From the IMG/VR virus record IMGVR_UViG_3300009159_000033: a stretch of DNA of 64,000 bases. One strand, 5' to 3'. Of this stretch, positions 16,452 to 25,596 are shown in pieces (within the stretch, counting starts at the first letter, position 1; each line of letters starts with the position of its first letter). The notes beneath the pieces were generated by a model. It saw only the letters and a program-made list of their open reading frames with translations. It was not told the origin of the DNA and ran no database searches. Source of the stretch: a virus. The translations under genes were made by a program, and so were the position numbers.

Positions 16452-17814
16452 GTCAGACGAACAGCAGCTACTAGATGGCGTTAAAATGGCCGTGGATTTG
16501 GTGGATAACCAAAACATGCTGCCTAATGATGCCATGCATAAGGTAGCTAAACATATGCAGTTTTCCCCAGGCTTTTTAAAAGCAGCTTGCAACGCTTTTA
16601 ATACTGGGAGACAGCTAGCACAGTGGAATGCTAATGATTCCGTGCTGGATAAGCTCGCTAGTTTTAGTCTAGCGGACTACGCTACTGTTCATGATCAGAT
16701 CTGGGGGCAAAAGGTAGAGAAAGTTGCTTCGGTATCTTTCTTTCCTCCTACTTTTGATTCGTATGAAGAACAAGCAAGACAACAATTGCTCCGCATGGAT
16801 TTAACTACATTAGAGAAATCAGCAGCAGCAGTGGAACCGCATCCACTAGCAGCAGCAGAACATGCCACCAATAAAATTGCAAAAAGCTATTCAAACTTTG
16901 ACTACTGTCGTCGAATGGCTGAAGAAGCTAGACGAGAAAAGTCAGCAAATGAAGATAGGCTAAACCTTAAGCTTCATTTGTTGGAAAGCTACTTCCGTAA
17001 GTTTGCTCAAGATCGTTTGCCTTTGGCACAAGTGGAACACGCAGTTTCTGTCTGTCGTGGTGCTGTAGGTAAGTCGCTTATGGACCATGTTGCAGGGCAG
17101 TTTACTAAAGAAAAAAGAGCCACAGACCATAAAGCTAGTTGGGCAGGGTTTCAGCAAGAAGCAGATTGGAAGAAAGAACCCTACACTTTAATTGATGCCA
17201 CGATAAAACAAGCTAAAGACTATTACAAAGCTTCTGAAGCTTTGCAAAAAGCCGAAATTAAATTAGCAGAAGCCAAAGAGCTTACAGCTTCTTTTTACCA
17301 GCCGTACTCCAATAGCGAACCTTGTTTACCTCTCCATTCTAATATTATGGGAGAAAAACAAGGGGGCACGGCCACAAATATGTTTGCTAGTGGAGCTGGC
17401 TTAGGGCTAGCACGCAACTTATCGGATACTTTAGGTCATGGGCATGAAAAAGATGTAGAACGACAAATAAATAAGTTAGATAGCCCTGAGCATATTAACG
17501 AATTGCGTAAGATTAGAGCACAGACGGTACTTACTCAGTTGATGAGTGATCCTGATAACCCTTTGAGCCAGTATGATCCTGAGGATGTACTGAGCAAATA
17601 CAATGAAATGGTTCAGTTGTCACCTCGTCTAGCCGATCAGTCTGGCGGTATTGGGCCATTGCTGAACAAGCGGATGATAGGCAATACAGAACCTTTTGAA
17701 GTTGCTGAGCTACTCAAAATGGAAGGAAGTCTTAAAGACACTCAAAGTAGTCCTGCTGGTTCAAGCCAAGCACCTAAAGCAAAGGTAAAAAATGAAACCG
17801 ATATCATTAGGTAG
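16435..17814 (+). CDS. Helical hypothetical protein, putative internal head protein
   Basis: GGAGGAG at 16418-16424 favours ATG 16435; KLAS, KVAS, KSAA, KQGG motifs. Confidence 0.65.
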   Translation: MQALSKSDEQQLLDGVKMAVDLVDNQNMLPNDAMHKVAKHMQFSPGFLKAACNAFNTGRQLAQWNANDSVLDKLASFSLADYATVHDQIWGQKVEKVASVSFFPPTFDSYEEQARQQLLRMDLTTLEKSAAAVEPHPLAAAEHATNKIAKSYSNFDYCRRMAEEARREKSANEDRLNLKLHLLESYFRKFAQDRLPLAQVEHAVSVCRGAVGKSLMDHVAGQFTKEKRATDHKASWAGFQQEADWKKEPYTLIDATIKQAKDYYKASEALQKAEIKLAEAKELTASFYQPYSNSEPCLPLHSNIMGEKQGGTATNMFASGAGLGLARNLSDTLGHGHEKDVERQINKLDSPEHINELRKIRAQTVLTQLMSDPDNPLSQYDPEDVLSKYNEMVQLSPRLADQSGGIGPLLNKRMIGNTEPFEVAELLKMEGSLKDTQSSPAGSSQAPKAKVKNETDIIR

Positions 17815-18940
17815 CATTACTTATTCACAAGGTTTGCAGCTTCTGGCTGCTAGAAAGCAAGCTTTAGACTCTGGGCATATTCCTCGTATGTCCAAAGAGG
17901 CTATGGCCACTTCTTTTCCTTTAAGAGACATCGGTGCGGACTACTCCGAAAAGATTGCAGAAGCGGGTTTGCTTGATTCTTTAAAATCCGGATTTGGCAG
18001 AATGGATAGCTCTACTCGTAATGTGCTGTTATCCGGGCTAGCTGGCGCAGGAGTTGGAGCAGGTACTGGAGCAGCTTCTGCTTTATTGAATGGCGAGGAA
18101 GGCGCAGGCTGGAAGGCATTAAAAGGCGGGCTAGCTGGAGGTGCTATCGGTGGTGGTCTTGGATTAGCCTTCAATCCTGATGTGTTAAGCAAAGCTCTGC
18201 ATTTTGAAAAGAGCCCTGGAATCACTTCTTCATTGCCGCTGCCACGTAATGCTTCAAATGCACAGCGTAGCGCTACTCAAATTAAAAGTAGAACTCCAGC
18301 AGAACAACTAGCTGAAATAAATAAATTACAAGGTGTGGCCGATAGCAGCATGCCTGAAGTTACTAATTACGCTGCACACGGACTAAATACAGCAGCTGCC
18401 GGCGGGGCTGGTGCTTATATAGCCAACAAGGCAACATACGACCCCGATGTAGTTGCAAAATCATTAAGAGCAGAAATTGCAAACGCAGTGCCTATTAATG
18501 GCAAAGCTCCTAAAAGTGCAATTAACTTAAACAAGCTTAATTCTGCACTGCGCAACGGAGCCGTTCCACCGGGTGGCGATTTAGGTCATTTTTATAGTAA
18601 TTTAACCGAAGAGCAGCTTAAGAATCTTTTACCTAAATCTTATATATCTGGTATGACTCCTTCTAGGTTAAAAGCTACACTAGCCACTGGATTAGATGAA
18701 GCTTTAGCTAAAAGTATCTTAGAGCGTTCTCAGCTTTCTGGAATGCGAACTATGGCAGGTAAAATACGTCCTGGAAAACTAGGTTTATTAGGGCTGTTAG
18801 CGGGTGGTTGGGGGCTTGGTCGTGGTGCGATAAGCCGGAAGTATCAACAAGATTCAGCTAATCGTAATGAGGCTAAAGACACGCTAAACGCACTACGCAC
18901 TGCGATTATGCCAGATCAAACATCTAACACAATGCAGTAA
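17792..18940 (+). CDS. Glycine-zipper protein, putative ejection/pore-forming internal head protein
   Basis: GLAGAGVGAGTGAASALL, GGLAGGAIGGGLGLAF, LGLLGLLAGGWGLG; no Cys; KEA and KIA motifs. Confidence 0.55.
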   Translation: MKPISLGSITYSQGLQLLAARKQALDSGHIPRMSKEAMATSFPLRDIGADYSEKIAEAGLLDSLKSGFGRMDSSTRNVLLSGLAGAGVGAGTGAASALLNGEEGAGWKALKGGLAGGAIGGGLGLAFNPDVLSKALHFEKSPGITSSLPLPRNASNAQRSATQIKSRTPAEQLAEINKLQGVADSSMPEVTNYAAHGLNTAAAGGAGAYIANKATYDPDVVAKSLRAEIANAVPINGKAPKSAINLNKLNSALRNGAVPPGGDLGHFYSNLTEEQLKNLLPKSYISGMTPSRLKATLATGLDEALAKSILERSQLSGMRTMAGKIRPGKLGLLGLLAGGWGLGRGAISRKYQQDSANRNEAKDTLNALRTAIMPDQTSNTMQ

Positions 18941-18952
18941 TGGAGGATAGCT

Positions 18953-20431
18953 ATGGCACTAATTAAACTTGTTTCTCCAGCTGGCTGGGATTTTGATCAA
19001 CGAATTGTTTCCCCAATCAAGGTGAGCAGTCGTGGGTTGATTGGTAATGATCGTCAAGAGTTTTTAAAAAGAGCCAGCCATACCTTCTTACCTCAGTTAG
19101 ATAATGTCAAGTTTGCCAAAGACGAAGTTCCTATTCATTTAATTGCGTTAGGTGCCAGCGAAGCTTACGGCCCTAACCGCAATGGCGATGGGTTTAAAGA
19201 AGCTACTTGTCGGGATCACCATGGCACCTTCGTTAAATTTGCTAAGTTCTTCCGCAATCATAAAAACAAAGCAGAACGAGGCGACCCTTTCTATGGTGTA
19301 GTTAAAGCTTCCGCATACAACGAGGATATGCGTAGAGTAGAGTTGCTTTGTGCATTGAATGCCAGCAAGTCAGCAGCGGATCGAAATGGTGGCTTTATTG
19401 CAGATACAGAATTAGAAAAGATTGCAAGAGGGGACGACATAGCTGTGAGCATGGCTTGCCGTGTTCCACACGATGTTTGTTCATTCTGCAAACATGCCGC
19501 TAAAACTAGAGATGAATATTGCACAAGAGAAAAGTGTGCAGCGGGTGGCTGTAAAGAAAATCTTACTAGATTAGTAAAAGTTGGTAGCGATGTTCACCAC
19601 CTGCATGTAGACAATCCCGACCCAGTCTGGTTTGATATTAGTCGAGTGTTCCGTCCAGCAGATCGTATTGCCTACGGAGCTAAGGCTAATTACTTAACAA
19701 AAGCAGCAGCAGATTCTGGCATATTTGAGTTTCAAGATTATATCAAGTTAGCTTCTGCTTCGACTGCTCCACTAGAAGTTGTTCTTTATCAATCGGGACG
19801 ACATGGGTTATGGTCAGAGAAAAATACTGCTCAAGTTAAATTAGGATATGGGCTAGCTGCTCTTGAAAAATTTGCTGAAATGGGTGATGCTAATACTTAC
19901 CGAGCGGTAGAAACCTCTGCTTTCCCTATAGAAATGCTGGCAAAACTGGGCTCGGAGCAATGTAGCAAACAGTTAGCTGCGTTAGCAGATAATAAAATAT
20001 TTTTAACATTATTTGATTATGCACGATTGGCAGGACACGAAGAGCACATGAAATCTGCAGCCTTAATACTTCCAGAAATATATACGCTAATGGCTGCGGA
20101 TGAATCTTTGCCTCTCGAGATTGAGCGAGGTGCATGCTCATTTATTGACAAGACAGCTAATGAAAGTTCTAAGGCATTCGCTGCTACTTTGACTGCGAGT
20201 CACTCGCTTCAAAGCTCAGCAACGAAGGACCGAAGTTTCTTGAGTTGTATCCGGGGGCAGGCTGCTCCTGTGATCCGCCAAAAAGCAGCTGCATGTAATT
20301 TGGAAGGTGAAAGCCTAGCCAAAGAATATGCAATGTATAAGCTAGCAGGATTGTGGAGGCTAGCTGCAACAGACAACGACTTTACCTCAACAGTTAAGTT
20401 AAGTCTGCGACAGAATCGAATATTTAACTAG
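18953..20431 (+). CDS. Putative prohead (head maturation) protease with a C-terminal extension
   Basis: NRNGDGF, FFRNHKN (candidate His), VSMAC (candidate Ser) followed by CSFC..C..C; lies upstream of scaffold and MCP. Confidence 0.7.
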   Translation: MALIKLVSPAGWDFDQRIVSPIKVSSRGLIGNDRQEFLKRASHTFLPQLDNVKFAKDEVPIHLIALGASEAYGPNRNGDGFKEATCRDHHGTFVKFAKFFRNHKNKAERGDPFYGVVKASAYNEDMRRVELLCALNASKSAADRNGGFIADTELEKIARGDDIAVSMACRVPHDVCSFCKHAAKTRDEYCTREKCAAGGCKENLTRLVKVGSDVHHLHVDNPDPVWFDISRVFRPADRIAYGAKANYLTKAAADSGIFEFQDYIKLASASTAPLEVVLYQSGRHGLWSEKNTAQVKLGYGLAALEKFAEMGDANTYRAVETSAFPIEMLAKLGSEQCSKQLAALADNKIFLTLFDYARLAGHEEHMKSAALILPEIYTLMAADESLPLEIERGACSFIDKTANESSKAFAATLTASHSLQSSATKDRSFLSCIRGQAAPVIRQKAAACNLEGESLAKEYAMYKLAGLWRLAATDNDFTSTVKLSLRQNRIFN

Positions 20432-20472
20432 GTCATCGAAACTCGGTGCCGTTTTGTAAGGAGTATTTTTAA

Positions 20473-21672
20473 ATGGCGACAACAGTTAAGAATCAAATAG
20501 ACTCTATTGATCGCTTTCTGAAGGCGGTTGGTTATTCCGAAAAGAATGCAGCGGCTAATACAGAGCCAGGTGCTATTGGCGGAGATACCACCCATCCTGT
20601 GAAAGATGTGGATGATTCTACGGAAGATGCCACAACAGGTGCACGATCCGCAGAAAACACAGCAGATGTAAAGGCCGATCAAGGCCCAGCCTCTGTTGAA
20701 AATGCTAAAAAAGCTGCAGCTAAGAAGCGAGCTTCTGCAAACAAGTGGGCTGCTGAAAAGGATCCTACTGGATCTGCTTCAGACGACCAGATGCAGATTG
20801 GAACTAACAAAAAACCAACCGGAGAGGATCCTTCAGTGGAAACCTCTTCAGTAAAAGCTGAAAAAGACGATGTGGACACTTCACATCCTGCTAGCACTGA
20901 TAACAGTGAACTAGATGGCAACAAGTATGCCTCTATGTCTACTGCAGCATTGCACAAGCTTTCTAACGATCTTGGAAACCGTGTTCTTGTCTCTTTGACA
21001 AAGAATGCAGAATTCCATGATGATGACGAAGAAGCCCGCAAATCTGACTCAGACTCAGGCTCTGACTCTGCATCTGACATGATGGAAGAAAAAGGTGCAG
21101 TAGATCTTGCCGGCCAAGCTGGCTGGGAACTTGCAGGGTTGTTGAGTGGTCAGTTTGATAAACGAGCTGCTGACTCCCTTGTATACTCCACTTTGACTGA
21201 AATCATTAAGACTGCTAATGATGATGCAGACAAGACTGCAGCTTACTTGCACAGCTATCAAAACGAATTGCAAAAGCAAGCTGAAGGCGAAGAGATGATG
21301 CCTCCAGAAATGGATCCTTCCGCTGCTGGTGGTGACGAAGCTGCTATGGCTGGTGCTATGGGTGGTGGCGAAGCTCCAGAAGGCGAAGGCGGTGACGACG
21401 TAGAACAGTTGGCAGCTGTTTTAGATCACCTCGGTATTTCTGCTGAAGAACTAGAAGCAGCTATGGCTGGTCATGGTTCTGAAAGTGGCATTCCTGAGGA
21501 AGGTGGCGGTGCTCCTCCAGAAATGGGCGGTGGTGCTCCTCCAGAAACTGCAGGTGCTGCCCCTAACATGGAAGTTGAAGCAGCTTATAAACAAGCAGCA
21601 GCTAAAAAAGGTGCAGCTAACAAAAATGTGCGGGATTACATTCAAGAAGTTCTAGAGCGTTCCCGCCGTTAA
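20473..21672 (+). CDS. Putative capsid scaffolding protein
   Basis: Acidic, low-complexity, lies between protease and MCP; many K-x-A sites; GGGAPPEM repeats. Confidence 0.6.
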   Translation: MATTVKNQIDSIDRFLKAVGYSEKNAAANTEPGAIGGDTTHPVKDVDDSTEDATTGARSAENTADVKADQGPASVENAKKAAAKKRASANKWAAEKDPTGSASDDQMQIGTNKKPTGEDPSVETSSVKAEKDDVDTSHPASTDNSELDGNKYASMSTAALHKLSNDLGNRVLVSLTKNAEFHDDDEEARKSDSDSGSDSASDMMEEKGAVDLAGQAGWELAGLLSGQFDKRAADSLVYSTLTEIIKTANDDADKTAAYLHSYQNELQKQAEGEEMMPPEMDPSAAGGDEAAMAGAMGGGEAPEGEGGDDVEQLAAVLDHLGISAEELEAAMAGHGSESGIPEEGGGAPPEMGGGAPPETAGAAPNMEVEAAYKQAAAKKGAANKNVRDYIQEVLERSRR

Positions 21673-21708
21673 TCTTTCTTTAAAATTTATTCTTGGAGGA
21701 TTTATACA

Positions 21709-22149
21709 GTGAACACAAAGCTAGCCGCTCAAATGATCGAATACATTGCTGTCACCTCGACGCTAAATGATCGATTGTTGAAGCAAGCACAAGCACGACA
21801 TGTGCAAGATAAGCAAGCTGCCGATAAACAGTCTGCTGTTCTTGCTCAGTTGGAGCGAACTGGTTGTGTTGCTCCCCATCAAAAACAGGCAGCTGTTTCG
21901 ATGTTGAGCAATCATGCCCAAAGTTTAGACTTGTTGGTCAATGCCGTTGACAAAATGTATCAGTTTAAAACTGCTGCTGAGAAAACTGGCTCTGACCTTG
22001 GACAAGCTGTTTCGGATAGAGAGGCAGGCATTAAGCCAGGTCTCAAAGGCCGTACCAGTTTAAATGATCCGTATGTAGGTCGCCGTTCTTCTGAAAAGAA
22101 GGCATCGGATGAGGCGATTTGGGCAGTAATGCGCGCCCCTGGTTCTTAA
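21709..22149 (+). CDS. Hypothetical head-associated protein
   Basis: GGAGG SD with GTG start; KLAA, KQA, KQAA, KTAA motifs. Confidence 0.6.
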   Translation: MNTKLAAQMIEYIAVTSTLNDRLLKQAQARHVQDKQAADKQSAVLAQLERTGCVAPHQKQAAVSMLSNHAQSLDLLVNAVDKMYQFKTAAEKTGSDLGQAVSDREAGIKPGLKGRTSLNDPYVGRRSSEKKASDEAIWAVMRAPGS

Positions 22150-22205
22150 CTACTTTAACACTATAGACTCATTACGAGTCTTAATTTGGTCTTAGGAGGA
22201 CAATT

Positions 22206-22736
22206 ATGGCTGCTCCACGGCAAATGACTGCCAACACTCTCAATGCGTTGAAGGGTTGGCCAAATATGAACGCAGTAGATTATACCGCAGCACTTGATGC
22301 TAGCGTAACTACTGTTGTTCCTGCAGGCTCTGTCGTTTCTTTGAATTCTTCTGGTAAATTCATTCTTGGCGTTGGCAACCTTAAGGTTATGCCTATGTTT
22401 CTCTTCGCCAATTCTGATGACCCAGATATTGTTAACGATGGTGGCGATGCCTCCACTGTTAAGGGTGTATTCATCCCAATTGGCCCCACCGGTCAATCCT
22501 TGGCATTGGTTGGAACTGGTGCGTATGAGTTGGTAACAACTTCGTATGTGTCTGGTTCTTACCTTCCCAACGCTGCTTTAACCTCTGCTACCACTGGTGG
22601 TAACGCAGGCAAGCTTTCTGCTGGTACGATGGGTACCAATATGATTGTTGGTCTTGTTTCCCGTGGTGTTGTGGACAATGGTTACGGCAAGAATGCTTTG
22701 GCATTCTGGCCTTGCCCTGTGTTCCCTTGGAATTAA
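22206..22736 (+). CDS. Putative capsid decoration/cement protein
   Basis: AGGAGG SD; small Gly-rich beta protein directly upstream of MCP, a usual position for decoration proteins. Confidence 0.55.
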   Translation: MAAPRQMTANTLNALKGWPNMNAVDYTAALDASVTTVVPAGSVVSLNSSGKFILGVGNLKVMPMFLFANSDDPDIVNDGGDASTVKGVFIPIGPTGQSLALVGTGAYELVTTSYVSGSYLPNAALTSATTGGNAGKLSAGTMGTNMIVGLVSRGVVDNGYGKNALAFWPCPVFPWN

Positions 22737-22758
22737 TAACTTTTCTCTTAATCTTGAC

Positions 22759-22783
22759 TCAGTTAAGCTTGCAGCTTGACTGA
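22759..22783 (+). promoter_or_regulatory. Hairpin in the MCP leader
   Basis: TCAGTTAAGCT-tgc-AGCTTGACTGA (11-bp stem, one G-U), about 7 nt upstream of the AGGAGG SD. Confidence 0.45.
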
Positions 22784-22805
22784 TATAACAAGGAGGTTCT
22801 TATAA

Positions 22806-23753
22806 ATGGCTAATTCTAGTATCATGACTCAAGAAGAAAGCAAACTTCTTAGTCAAACGATTTTTGAAAAATTGGCTTCCCGTGACTCTAACCTAGAAAA
22901 GCAAGCTGTTGACGCTGTCAACGACTTCACTAGGACCAAGATGCGTGAAGATGGCTTTTACAGACGTATTATGCCACCAATCCCACTTAGCAATGATGAT
23001 CTTGATCGTCAAGTCGATACCGACAAACCTGTAAAGATCGTGGACAAAGAACCAGATTCTCCAGCAGCAATCTCGATTCCTTTTGCCACGCTTCCTACCA
23101 ACTTGTACATCCGTGGTGATAGGTACCGAGTTACCTTTGACCGCATCGTGACCCCTAAATTCACGAAGGATGTGGATGAACTTCGTACATGGCATATGGA
23201 TATAAGACAAATCCTATCCGATAATGCCATAAAGGATATGTTAGCGGAAGAAGATGGCAAATTTATTTCTGCGGTCAACACTGCTCTTGTTGGCGCAGGA
23301 ACAACTGTTCCTACTTCTGGAGTAATCCAGTACAAGCAGCTTAGCGGTGGGGTAACCCGCAGCAACCTGTGGGACAGCTTTAAGATTATGCCAGGCACTC
23401 CTTCTAATCTTGAAGTTCATTCCGTTTTGCTTAATAACATCACTATCAAAGAAGTTGCCAAACTCAATCGTAATGATATGGGTGGCGATCTTAGTGAAGA
23501 GATTATGCGTAATGGTTGGACCTACAGCGAATTTATGGGTGTTCAGTGGATCATCACTATTAAGAAGGGACTTGTCCCAACTGGTACGATGTATCATTTC
23601 GCTGACCCTAAATTTATCGGCAAGAGCTACCTCATTGAAGACACCACGATGTACATCCGTCGTGAAGCTTACTTCATTGAATTCTTTGCTTATGAAACCT
23701 TAGGTGGCACCATTGGTCATACCTCTGGTCTTGCTAGGGTTGACTTTACCTAA
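22806..23753 (+). CDS. Major capsid protein (HK97-fold)
   Basis: Strong AAGGAGG SD; follows protease-scaffold-decoration genes; 315 aa; HK97-like pattern (MREDGFYRRIMPP..IVTPKFTKDVDELR..AIKDMLAEEDGKFISAV); followed by a terminator. Confidence 0.8.
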   Translation: MANSSIMTQEESKLLSQTIFEKLASRDSNLEKQAVDAVNDFTRTKMREDGFYRRIMPPIPLSNDDLDRQVDTDKPVKIVDKEPDSPAAISIPFATLPTNLYIRGDRYRVTFDRIVTPKFTKDVDELRTWHMDIRQILSDNAIKDMLAEEDGKFISAVNTALVGAGTTVPTSGVIQYKQLSGGVTRSNLWDSFKIMPGTPSNLEVHSVLLNNITIKEVAKLNRNDMGGDLSEEIMRNGWTYSEFMGVQWIITIKKGLVPTGTMYHFADPKFIGKSYLIEDTTMYIRREAYFIEFFAYETLGGTIGHTSGLARVDFT

Positions 23754-23762
23754 CCACAAGTC

Positions 23763-23800
23763 TAAGTTAGCCCTGCATAGGCGGGGCTAACTTACTTTAA
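23763..23800 (+). terminator. Intrinsic terminator after MCP
   Basis: TAAGTTAGCCCTGC-atag-GCGGGGCTAACTTA, 14-bp stem, then CTTT. Confidence 0.75.
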
Positions 23801-23823
23801 AATCCAGAATTGGAGAAATTAAC

Positions 23824-24195
23824 ATGGCTAACTCGAATGGTCTACCTAATCCTACTGATGCTTACAACTATTTGTTTAGCAATGTGCATGCTGAAGTATT
23901 TATGAACAAGTTGGCCGGTTACGGTATTGTTCCTAGTACTGAAGCAGAAGTCTCAGACTTATTTGCACTTGCCGGACAACTTCGTCACATTGACAGTCCT
24001 ACGAAGCAAGCTGCAGATCATAGCCGTTTCGGCTCTGCTGTTGCTGGGCTTAATGCCGCTTTGACTTCTACACCAGAAGCACAGGATTACGCAGTAAAAC
24101 AAGCAACATATGACTTAGCAAATGATCCTGCTATCTATAACTCGATCCTTGCTTTGAAAGCTCACGAAGCTGCTGTTTTAGCTGGCAATAGCTAA
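23824..24195 (+). CDS. Hypothetical head-associated protein
   Basis: GGAG SD; KLAG, KQAA, KQA motifs. Confidence 0.6.
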   Translation: MANSNGLPNPTDAYNYLFSNVHAEVFMNKLAGYGIVPSTEAEVSDLFALAGQLRHIDSPTKQAADHSRFGSAVAGLNAALTSTPEAQDYAVKQATYDLANDPAIYNSILALKAHEAAVLAGNS

Positions 24196-24236
24196 GACAT
24201 CTACTTAGAAAAACTTTCTATAAATGTGTGCAATTT

Positions 24237-24278
24237 AAGATCGACTGGTTACAATATGACCGGTCGATCTTCTATTTT
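24237..24278 (+). terminator. Hairpin/putative terminator at the end of the head block
   Basis: AAGATCGACTGGTT-acaatat-GACCGGTCGATCTT, then CTATTTT. Confidence 0.6.
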
Positions 24279-24292
24279 AGAAAGTAGTAGTT

Positions 24293-25525
24293 ATGAAACT
24301 AAGCTTGTTCACGCCCACGCACAAACCTGCCTATCTAGTTGAGGCTTACACCTCCTTAAAATTGCAGACACTTACCGATTGGGAATGGGTTATTCTGCCT
24401 AATGGCAAAAATGTCACAATCCCCGAGGTTATACGCAAGGATCCAAGAGTAAAGCTGGTAACTACTAATAATAACTCGCACAATATTGGGGCCTTAAAAA
24501 GAAGTGCCTGCGACGCTGCTACTGGAGATATCTTTGTTGAGTTCGATCACGATGACTTATTTGCACCGGGTAATAGTCTGCAGATAATACACGATAAGTT
24601 TAAATCTGGTGCTGATTTTGTTTATTCAGATACTGCGGTATTTAGACAAAAAGATGTAGTCAAAAATGACATTAAGTTTAGCCCTTTTACTTACTCTTCG
24701 CAGCATGGTTGGCAAGAATACGATATTAAAGTTTATGGTCACAAGTTAAAAGCTACTCGTTGCTTTTCAATATCTCCTCGGTCTTTATGTGAAATATATT
24801 ATTGTCCCGACCATGTGCGTAGTTGGTCTCGCAAAGCTTATTACAAGGCAGGTGGGCACAACCCAGAGCTGTCGGTATGTGATGATCATGAGTTGATGAT
24901 CAAGACCTACATAAGTGGGGCTAAATTTGAGCATACGGGTGGTTGTCATTACCTATATCGGATGTTTTCTGACAATACGGTGTGGGCACGAAATCAATTA
25001 ATTCAAGACACTAGCCTAAGTTTACGTAAGCAATACATGCCACAGCTGATACAAGCTTGGTTGAAGCAAAATAACTTGGCAGTACTAGACATTACTAAGC
25101 TTAAATCAGAAGGTTGGAATGCGGATAGGCAGCTGTTGCAAGGCTTTGGCGAAGATAGTTATGGGCATATTGTTGCAGATACTGAATTACAGTGGTTGAC
25201 TGGTGTTCAAGTTCGAGAGTTTATGAATGTGGCCTATGCTGCTTTAGTCCCCGGCGGGTATCTGACAATTACTGTACCCGAGGTGCATTCTGGAATGGGT
25301 TATGGAGATGTAGAGTGGCAGTCCCATTTTAGTGCGGTAAGTATGTACCCATACACCCGCAATAACTTTGCTAAAAGTAATGGCAATATTGATTGTAGAT
25401 TCCAGCAGATTAATTGTTTAGAAGTTTTTCCTTCAGACTGGCACAGAGACAATAACTTTAAATTTCTACGCTTTGAGCTTGTAGCTTTAAAAGGGCAGCG
25501 ACACCCCGGCTTACAGCATATTTAG
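24293..25525 (+). CDS. Family-2 (GT-A) glycosyltransferase with a C-terminal SAM-methyltransferase-like segment
   Basis: SLFTPTHK..SLKLQTLTDWEWVIL, GDIFVEFDHDDLF, CDDHEL; C-terminal REFMNVAYAALVPGGYLTITVP. Confidence 0.8.
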   Translation: MKLSLFTPTHKPAYLVEAYTSLKLQTLTDWEWVILPNGKNVTIPEVIRKDPRVKLVTTNNNSHNIGALKRSACDAATGDIFVEFDHDDLFAPGNSLQIIHDKFKSGADFVYSDTAVFRQKDVVKNDIKFSPFTYSSQHGWQEYDIKVYGHKLKATRCFSISPRSLCEIYYCPDHVRSWSRKAYYKAGGHNPELSVCDDHELMIKTYISGAKFEHTGGCHYLYRMFSDNTVWARNQLIQDTSLSLRKQYMPQLIQAWLKQNNLAVLDITKLKSEGWNADRQLLQGFGEDSYGHIVADTELQWLTGVQVREFMNVAYAALVPGGYLTITVPEVHSGMGYGDVEWQSHFSAVSMYPYTRNNFAKSNGNIDCRFQQINCLEVFPSDWHRDNNFKFLRFELVALKGQRHPGLQHI

Positions 25526-25555
25526 GTTGAAGTCTAGGACTCCTATTCAGATTTC

Positions 25556-25586
25556 TTGCCTGACAAATTACAATGATATAAACTGG
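25556..25586 (+). promoter_or_regulatory. Putative sigma70-type promoter TTGCCT-N17-TAAACT(GG)
   Basis: Intergenic, upstream of the neck/tail block; matches 11445-11476. Confidence 0.5.
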
Positions 25587-25596
25587 AGTACCTACT

